IMG/VR virus record: IMGVR_UViG_2711768067_000018
Reading direction: 5' to 3' (one strand)
Origin: a virus
Taxonomy: Duplodnaviria; Heunggongvirae; Uroviricota; Caudoviricetes
DNA: 23,081 bases
In this document: positions 17,307 to 23,081 of the stretch, in pieces
How positions within the stretch are numbered: position 1 is the first letter of the stretch
Layout: each line of letters begins with the position of its first letter
Notes under the pieces: generated by a model
What the model saw: only the letters and a program-made list of their open reading frames with translations
What the model was told of the DNA's origin: nothing
Databases searched by the model: none
Made by a program: the position numbers and the translations under genes

Positions 17307-19583
17307 TCAAATGGATAACAAAAATCCCGGCCAATCATCAGCGACCTGATAAGTGAAAGGTTTCCCGTCATAATTTACGGTCGCGCCACGCGCCAGCGCC
17401 TCAAGCTCCCATCGTTGCGGCCTGATACCGTTCTGAGCGAGATCAACGCGGATACGGGTAATTTGCAATCGTTCCGACCGGGTCAGTCTGGCCGATGGTG
17501 CAATTTCATGCGGTTTTAACGGGCTTCCGTTTCTTTGCTGACGGTTTGGCGTTCTCCGGTCGTGTTTTAATGCGCCCCTGAGCGCCCTCACGACCTCCGG
17601 GTCATTCCATTCGATAACATCGTCATCAACCAGATTAAGCACTGCTGCGGCGTGCTCAGAAGGTGTGGGAGCCGGTAACGAAGTATCACCACCGGTGAGC
17701 TTTCCACAGTTATTGACAGGACTCCGAGGCGCGGCGATGCCGCTTTTTAAAGTCAAAGGCTCAACGACCGGAACTTTCGGCACAATGCGCCAGTCCGTCG
17801 TTCTGGTGATATGAATATGACGCGCGCCGAGATGCGGCGCGTAAATGCCGACCACTCTCTCGACTTCTTCCTCGTACTCGTTAACGTCATCCGACAGACT
17901 ACGGGCGACTCTGACAGTCTGGCAATCGCGCGGAACATTTGCCCCGCCCTGCGCGCTGATATACAGCGCAAAATCACCACTGTCTGCGGCGGCGCGTGCA
18001 GCCTCGACGCGCTCGTCAAACTCATCAGCAATGCTGACGCCGCGAGGCAATTTGCGTAGTTCACGGTAAGCCCCCATTGTCGGCAGGCCAACCGTTTTAA
18101 ATTGCGGAATGCGCCACGTTGACGCCCATGCGGTAACAGCCGCTGCAGTGTCTTTCAACGGCCTGCCGGTGTCGTTATCGAGCTGACCATCCAGTGCATA
18201 GCCGTCGATGTTTTTTGAAATGTATTTCGCGATATATCCCGCAGCACCGCCCCGGTTAAGGTGTTTTGCCTGAAAACGGTTTCGCGCGGCTCCTCTTTCG
18301 TCGCCATCCTCTTTGAGCGCATAGCGACGCATGATTTCGATAATCTGGTTACGCTGGCGTGGATGACAAAAAAGCATCATATGCCAGTGCGGCGTTCCGT
18401 CGTGGTGTGGCTCGACGACTCGCAAACCGTAGACCTGTAAATCATTATCCTTGAATGCCGTGCGCATCAGGCTCCAGATACGGCAGAGATAACGCTGCGC
18501 ATCCTTTGGATTAAATGCCTCATCGTTCCAGCCGTGATTAAGCTGAACGGTTTTACTTTCGCCTTTTCCGACCTGACGTGTCGGGTGATACTTTGACGGC
18601 GCGGTCAGCGTGATAAACATCCCCACATCACCCTCTGCGGCGGCGTAACGCTCAATACCGGCAATGGTGTTCATCAGCTCCATCCGGCGAATTTCAGGAT
18701 TAGAAATACTGCCCATCACCTTACTGATAAGGTCGATGCGCTCGCCGGTTTCCCTGTTTTCAAGGTCACACGATTTAAGAAATTCCAGATTTGCCTGGCG
18801 GCGCGCACGCACATCACGAATGGCGTGTTTACTGGCATAAGGAGAACGGTCTTTATTGACCTCCCCGACAGCTATCAGTAACGCCTCATGCCAGCGCATA
18901 CGCTGGCCTTTAAGCTGATGAGTCCACCACTCATCGTTAAACAGGCGGGCAATGGCAGAATATGCCTGCCTCGTGGTCATCTGTCCTTTACGGTATTTTT
19001 TCCAGTAGAGCGGGGAAATATTGAAAGCACGTGCAGCGCCAGCAACATGACCATACAGGTGAGCCTGCGCCTCATCCGTAAACAGCGATTCTTTTTCACC
19101 ATGCGCATCAACCCATGCATCGCAGAGTTCCTCATACATCATGAAAAGCTGCGATGAGATACGGGCGGCAAACTTTTTCAGCTCCTTGTCATTCATTCCC
19201 GGCAGGCGCGCATAGTGGTCACGCTCTGCCAGAAACAGCAACGACGCGTCGGTGTTCATTTCATGGCGCTGATTCACACGCTCAATGCGCGGCCATAAAC
19301 GACGCTGAAAAGTAGATGTGAGGAAATAAAACCCGTGCACCGGGCTTTTATTGCGCCGGATGTAGTCATAGCGTGAAGTAAACAGCGAGCGCAAAAAGTA
19401 AGGCAGGCGGTTAATCGTGGATAAAACACCTTGCACCTGACGCATCTCGTCACGTGTAAGAGGTCTTTCGCGCCCGACAGCCTCGCGTGGCGCGTTCCAT
19501 GCATAAGCACCGGTAAACGCCTTACCGGTGCCTGCGGTAAATGCTGACGGAGGGACAAAACGCCCGGAGGCTTTAACGGCCAT
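17307..19583 (-). CDS. A: Replication initiation protein A (rolling-circle nickase)
   Basis: Long ORF in the P2 gpA position; start chosen at the ATG at 19583 (MAVKASGRF...), as the ORF-track start at 19625 is a TTG. About 758 aa, close to P2 gpA. Confidence 0.9.
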   Translation of the reverse strand: MAVKASGRFVPPSAFTAGTGKAFTGAYAWNAPREAVGRERPLTRDEMRQVQGVLSTINRLPYFLRSLFTSRYDYIRRNKSPVHGFYFLTSTFQRRLWPRIERVNQRHEMNTDASLLFLAERDHYARLPGMNDKELKKFAARISSQLFMMYEELCDAWVDAHGEKESLFTDEAQAHLYGHVAGAARAFNISPLYWKKYRKGQMTTRQAYSAIARLFNDEWWTHQLKGQRMRWHEALLIAVGEVNKDRSPYASKHAIRDVRARRQANLEFLKSCDLENRETGERIDLISKVMGSISNPEIRRMELMNTIAGIERYAAAEGDVGMFITLTAPSKYHPTRQVGKGESKTVQLNHGWNDEAFNPKDAQRYLCRIWSLMRTAFKDNDLQVYGLRVVEPHHDGTPHWHMMLFCHPRQRNQIIEIMRRYALKEDGDERGAARNRFQAKHLNRGGAAGYIAKYISKNIDGYALDGQLDNDTGRPLKDTAAAVTAWASTWRIPQFKTVGLPTMGAYRELRKLPRGVSIADEFDERVEAARAAADSGDFALYISAQGGANVPRDCQTVRVARSLSDDVNEYEEEVERVVGIYAPHLGARHIHITRTTDWRIVPKVPVVEPLTLKSGIAAPRSPVNNCGKLTGGDTSLPAPTPSEHAAAVLNLVDDDVIEWNDPEVVRALRGALKHDRRTPNRQQRNGSPLKPHEIAPSARLTRSERLQITRIRVDLAQNGIRPQRWELEALARGATVNYDGKPFTYQVADDWPGFLLSI

Positions 19584-19848
19584 ATGAGCCAAAAGCCTCT
19601 GAACAACGCTTGCTGAGTTGCTCAACCTGCGCGTTTAAATCAGCAAAAGATTTTGCGCTTCCGGTCAGAATATCGTGATGCATCAGGCCGGAAACGAGCT
19701 GGCCTAATTTCGGGTAATAACCAACCACCGCCAGCCATTCCTGACCGGCGTTTTTACCGCTTTCCGCTCTCTTTTTCTCGTGGAGAATAAACTGAAAGCT
19801 GTCACTGGTAACGACATAACGTTCGCCAATTTCAATACGAATACTCAT
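19573..19848 (-). CDS. Small early protein (P2 orf83-like), hypothetical
   Basis: 91-aa ORF; its start overlaps the upstream ORF stop and its end overlaps the A start, part of the B-A operon. Confidence 0.7.
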   Translation of the reverse strand: MSIRIEIGERYVVTSDSFQFILHEKKRAESGKNAGQEWLAVVGYYPKLGQLVSGLMHHDILTGSAKSFADLNAQVEQLSKRCSEAFGSYGR

Positions 19849-20069
19849 GCCGTTCTCCGGTAATGTTTGTTTTTTGCTTCAAAGACTGACTGACAGGAAA
19901 CACAACGCGTGGCTGACGGATAAGCCGCACGACGGGCAGCAGGTATTGGCGCGTCACACTCTTCGCAAACCAGCGCAGAAACACCGCAATGTTTTACCCT
20001 TGCCGCGTTAATCTGGCGCTCCAGTAATTCAGCCTGTTGTTCCTGAATAAAATCCACGTTGTCCGGCAT
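19845..20069 (-). CDS. TraR/DksA-family C4 zinc-finger protein (P2 orf82-like)
   Basis: 74-aa ORF with CEEC-x17-CVSC zinc-finger spacing typical of TraR/DksA proteins. Confidence 0.75.
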   Translation of the reverse strand: MPDNVDFIQEQQAELLERQINAARVKHCGVSALVCEECDAPIPAARRAAYPSATRCVSCQSVFEAKNKHYRRTA

Positions 20070-20374
20070 TACCAGCTCCTTTTGTCGTTCAGCTTCTTAA
20101 ATTCATCAGCGCAATAACTGGCGAGTTCTGTCGTTAATTTTGTCAGTTCATCCACTGAGGAAATTTGCTTGTGGAATACAGCGCGTTTAACAAGTAAATT
20201 GACCACATCAGACAGGAGGTTTAATTCACTCTGATAAATCGCGATAACAGATTCAGTTATTTCGCGCTTCTCTTTATCAATACCAAGTTGAATAAGAGAC
20301 AAATCACCATTTTTCATAACGGCGATTTTTAAGGCGTTATTCAGTAATACAACCGAACGAGAACAGGACATCAA
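20069..20374 (-). CDS. Small early protein (P2 orf81-like), hypothetical
   Basis: 101-aa ORF with start/stop overlaps to its neighbours. Confidence 0.7.
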   Translation of the reverse strand: MMSCSRSVVLLNNALKIAVMKNGDLSLIQLGIDKEKREITESVIAIYQSELNLLSDVVNLLVKRAVFHKQISSVDELTKLTTELASYCADEFKKLNDKRSW

Positions 20375-20595
20375 AGCACCTCCCCGCGAGACAATCCGAT
20401 ATTGTGAAATTTTTCCGACTCCTGACTGAGCAGCTCAACTATCTCCACGCGGGATAACTCCGCCTTTGTGATGTGGCGAATCATGGCGTCAAGATGAGAA
20501 GAAAAGCGCGTCGCAGCGTCGGCCTGTGCTTCGGTTCTGGCCTGTTGCAGCAGTAATGCGTATTTACCGCACTGATTTTCAGAAACTGTATGCAT
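20371..20595 (-). CDS. Small early protein (P2 orf80-like), hypothetical
   Basis: 74-aa ORF downstream of B; its stop overlaps the next start (ATGA). Confidence 0.7.
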   Translation of the reverse strand: MHTVSENQCGKYALLLQQARTEAQADAATRFSSHLDAMIRHITKAELSRVEIVELLSQESEKFHNIGLSRGEVL

Positions 20596-20658
20596 GACTT
20601 TCTCCAGGCAAAAAGAAGCCCCGCACGATTAAGTGCGTTAAAAACTCTGGTTAATTAT

Positions 20659-21159
20659 TTAATGCAGATATTGCTCTGGTTTTACCGACGTCAGAATTGT
20701 CGGTGCATACTCAAACAGACTGAATAATTCACGTAATGCACGGAATAAAGCATCACGCCAGTAACATGATTCTTCATTAATTCGCCAGTACGGCTGGTTG
20801 AATTCTTTTTCTGTCAGTCGTGCGTGCATAAATAAAGTACGTCGCTGGCTGACTGTTAAAAAACTAATATATGCATACTCACTTGCACCGACCTGACGGC
20901 GTTTTGAGAATGCCCCACGCAATTCATCAATTGCACAAACCAGCCGTTCACGTTCGACGTCGTTCATTTCTTCAAAACGCATCGTTGCGTGACGCTGTTT
21001 TAACTGTGCATGAAAGCAAACCGTTAGCCGTTCGCGCTCCATCATCTGATTATAATAATCACATGTATCCTGCCAGCGAGGGACGGCAAGATGCTTGCCA
21101 ATTATCCGGCGCATAGCTGCTGGCTGTTTTTCAACGAGATTGAGCGTCATCACTGTCAT
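20659..21159 (-). CDS. B: Replication protein B (helicase-loader-like)
   Basis: Start at Met3 of the ORF-track translation, preceded by GGAGGG with a 7-nt spacer; gives 166 aa, the size of P2 gpB. Confidence 0.85.
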   Translation of the reverse strand: MTVMTLNLVEKQPAAMRRIIGKHLAVPRWQDTCDYYNQMMERERLTVCFHAQLKQRHATMRFEEMNDVERERLVCAIDELRGAFSKRRQVGASEYAYISFLTVSQRRTLFMHARLTEKEFNQPYWRINEESCYWRDALFRALRELFSLFEYAPTILTSVKPEQYLH

Positions 21160-21353
21160 TTCCATACCCTCCGGCTTTTCAGAAAGGTCAGAGCCTTTTT
21201 TAACGGACTCTGTTTTTTGGTGCGGATAATGATTCCCTTACGCCCCTTACCGTGGGTGATGGTGAAGTCAATCGCCCTGGGGCTTTCGTTACGCAATAAC
21301 TGAGCAATACAACGCGGCTCATTCATAATCACAACCCCATCCACAAAAGCCAT
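21156..21353 (-). CDS. Small basic protein between cox and B (P2 orf78-like position), hypothetical
   Basis: Lys/Arg-rich ORF whose stop overlaps the B start; an alternative start at 21326 lies just after the cox stop. Short and uncertain. Confidence 0.4.
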   Translation of the reverse strand: MAFVDGVVIMNEPRCIAQLLRNESPRAIDFTITHGKGRKGIIIRTKKQSPLKKALTFLKSRRVWK

Positions 21354-21601
21354 GCATCACGCTGTTCAACCGGTCGGTTATAAAACGCCTCACGTACAGC
21401 GCGATTAAACTCAGGAATGAAAACCCATTTTTCACCGGCACGAGCCTTCGGTTTGCAAGGATCACGCAATTCAATAATTGGTAATTTATTTGCCTTCACC
21501 ATTTCACTGACGGCTGTCTTTGGCTTCCCTAATAAATCAGCAAATTTATCCACATGAACCGCATCAAGCGGATACTGAATCACATAATTTTCAGCGTCCA
21601 T
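21329..21601 (-). CDS. cox: Cox-like excisionase / lytic-switch regulator
   Basis: About 90 aa from the ATG at 21601 (GAGGG upstream); first gene of the early operon, divergent from C, with a conserved W..W C-terminal region like P2 Cox. Confidence 0.8.
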   Translation of the reverse strand: MDAENYVIQYPLDAVHVDKFADLLGKPKTAVSEMVKANKLPIIELRDPCKPKARAGEKWVFIPEFNRAVREAFYNRPVEQRDAWLLWMGL

Positions 21602-21677
21602 ATATGGTACCCTCATAGGATCCAGCCCTTTCTAAACCACTCAAAACCGTTTAGATGCTGGTTTATTCTCAAATCAA

Positions 21678-21726
21678 TGGAACCTATATAGGTTCCAGTT
21701 TTGAGGGAATTTAGTCCCTATATAGG
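21678..21726. promoter_or_regulatory. Candidate operator palindromes in the cox-C switch region
   Basis: Perfect 20-bp palindrome TGGAACCTATATAGGTTCCA (21678-21697) and a second copy of its core CCTATATAGG (21717-21726), both in the 136-bp gap between the divergent cox and C start codons; each core contains a TATATA -10-like hexamer. Confidence 0.5.
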
Positions 21727-21737
21727 CACCATGTCAA

Positions 21738-22031
21738 ATGAAATTAAGCGAAAAGATTAAGGCCTTGCGTGAGGCTGAAGGGCTAAGCCAATCAAAATTC
21801 TGTGAAATCATAGAGTTACCGCTAAGCACACTTAAAAAATATGAAGGAGGAAACTTTGAACCCGGTGGCACAGCTTTGCTAAAAATCACTATGCATCCCA
21901 CATTCCAAAAATATGCTCTATGGCTTATGACAGATAAAACCGCGCCGGACGCAGGACAAATCGCACCGGCTCTCGCGCACATTGGGCCAGAGTCAACAGA
22001 GTCCAACCACTCCGCGAAAAGGATTGGCTAA
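21738..22031 (+). CDS. C: Immunity repressor C (HTH)
   Basis: 97-aa ORF with a helix-turn-helix-like segment (LSQSKFCEIIELPLSTLKKYE) and a GQIAPALAH C-terminal region resembling P2 C; located between cox and int. Confidence 0.8.
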   Translation: MKLSEKIKALREAEGLSQSKFCEIIELPLSTLKKYEGGNFEPGGTALLKITMHPTFQKYALWLMTDKTAPDAGQIAPALAHIGPESTESNHSAKRIG

Positions 22032-22100
22032 CTCTATATAAAGATTACATTTTCACCATTTGCTACCAAGATGGTGAATACAGCGCCGGAGGGCTTTCTT

Positions 22101-23081
22101 ATGGCAATTAAGAAGCTCGATGATGGTCGCTATGAAGTGGACATTAGACCTCGCGGTCGCGACGGAAAACGCATCCGCAGGAAATTCGAAAGAAAAGCTG
22201 AAGCACTAGCATTTGAGCGATACACAATCGCCAATGCCAGTCAGAAAGAATGGGGAGGCCAGCGAGCAGACCGCCGGACTTTGAGTGAGTTGCTGGACAT
22301 CTGGTGGAAATATCACGGGCAAAACCACGAGCATGGAACAAAAGAGTTTAATCATCTACTCAAAACCATCAGCGGCATAGGTGATATACCAGTGAGCAGG
22401 ATGAGCAAAAGGGCTTTGATGGATTATCGTTCCATGCGACTACGTGATGGTATCAGTGCCGCAACGATAAACCGTGACATGTACCGATTATCCGGCATGT
22501 TCACAAAATTAATTCAATTGGATGAATTTTCCGGGCAACACCCAATTCACGGACTGCCGCCACTGGCGGAGGCCAACCCTGAAATGACGTTCCTGGAAAA
22601 AGCAGAAATCGAAAAACTGTTAAATGTTTTGGCTGGTGATGACTTACTTGTCGCGCTTTTATGTCTGAGCACCGGAGGAAGATGGACGGAAGTTGCCACG
22701 CTAAAACCAGCACAGATTACAAATTGCAGGGTTACCTTCCTGAAAACCAAAAACGGTAAAAAGCGAACCGTGCCGATTTCTGAGGAACTGGAGAAAAAAG
22801 TTAAAGAGGAGGCCAGCGCCAAATTATTCAAAGTTGATTATGAGAAATTTTGCGGGATTTTACGCAGAGTGAAACCTGATATACCACCCAATCAGGCAAC
22901 CCACATCCTGCGGCATACATTCGCAAGCCATTTCATGATGAATGGGGGCAATATAATCGCACTGCAACAGATTCTGGGACATGCGAGCATTCAGCAGACG
23001 ATGGCCTATGCGCACCTTGCGCCTGACTATCTGCAAAATGCCGTCGCTCTGAATCCACTAAAAGGCGGAGTGACGTTATAA
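22101..23081 (+). CDS. int: Tyrosine integrase (P2 Int family)
   Basis: Start at ATG 22101 (MAIKKLDDGRYEVD...), preceded by GGAGGG with a 7-nt spacer; C-terminal catalytic region with H-x-L-R-H and a YAH tyrosine motif; the stop codon is the last 3 nt of the window. Confidence 0.9.
   Translation: MAIKKLDDGRYEVDIRPRGRDGKRIRRKFERKAEALAFERYTIANASQKEWGGQRADRRTLSELLDIWWKYHGQNHEHGTKEFNHLLKTISGIGDIPVSRMSKRALMDYRSMRLRDGISAATINRDMYRLSGMFTKLIQLDEFSGQHPIHGLPPLAEANPEMTFLEKAEIEKLLNVLAGDDLLVALLCLSTGGRWTEVATLKPAQITNCRVTFLKTKNGKKRTVPISEELEKKVKEEASAKLFKVDYEKFCGILRRVKPDIPPNQATHILRHTFASHFMMNGGNIIALQQILGHASIQQTMAYAHLAPDYLQNAVALNPLKGGVTL

Noticed and set aside
22071-22100. Upstream ATG (ORF-track start) for integrase
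   Set aside because: No RBS, whereas the ATG at 22101 has GGAGGG at ideal spacing and gives the conserved MAIKKL N-terminus.
1-23081. CRISPR arrays, tRNA or rRNA genes, insertion sequences
   Set aside because: No regularly spaced short repeats, no cloverleaf-like conserved tRNA features and no transposase-like ORFs were seen; the window ends at the int stop codon, so any attachment site or tRNA would lie outside it.

Overview
This window is almost entirely a P2-like (Peduovirus-type) prophage of an enterobacterial host, read here in reverse orientation relative to the canonical P2 map. It is joined at its left edge, through a 7-nt run of N (984-990), to the 5' part of an Rhs polymorphic-toxin gene (1-983). 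All family assignments rest on reading the translated ORFs, gene order and gene sizes; no database search was run. From 991 to 23081 the order is: tail fibre H (N-terminal part only), baseplate I-J-W-V, tail completion S-R, the lysis cassette (LysC nested in LysB, LysA, endolysin K, holin Y), X, head completion L, small terminase M, capsid N, scaffold O (all on the minus strand); then large terminase P and portal Q on the plus strand, a Q terminator and a candidate 19-nt cos site; then an AT-rich cargo island of about 3.4 kb; then replication gene A, four small coupled ORFs (orf83/82/81/80-like), B, a small basic ORF, cox (minus strand); and finally the C repressor and integrase (plus strand), with the window ending exactly at the int stop codon. 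The cargo island (about 13870-17306) sits where P2 carries tin/old, a position known as a hotspot for anti-phage defence genes, and is the most interesting part. It contains (i) a 313-aa AT-rich protein with an R-N-x3-H motif of the kind found in HEPN RNases, (ii) a 161-aa ImmA/IrrE-type HEXXH metallopeptidase with a strong sigma70-like promoter and no obvious HTH partner, (iii) a 199-aa two-transmembrane protein whose ribosome-binding site lies inside a terminator-like hairpin, and (iv) about 1.1 kb with no long ORF, holding a 37-codon hydrophobic ORF with a perfect Shine-Dalgarno sequence, a bidirectional terminator and a 14-nt direct repeat. I could not match this gene combination to a defence system I know, so it is a candidate for an undescribed phage-encoded defence or abortive-infection module; this is inference and needs homology searches and experiments. 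No rRNA, tRNA or CRISPR array was seen.
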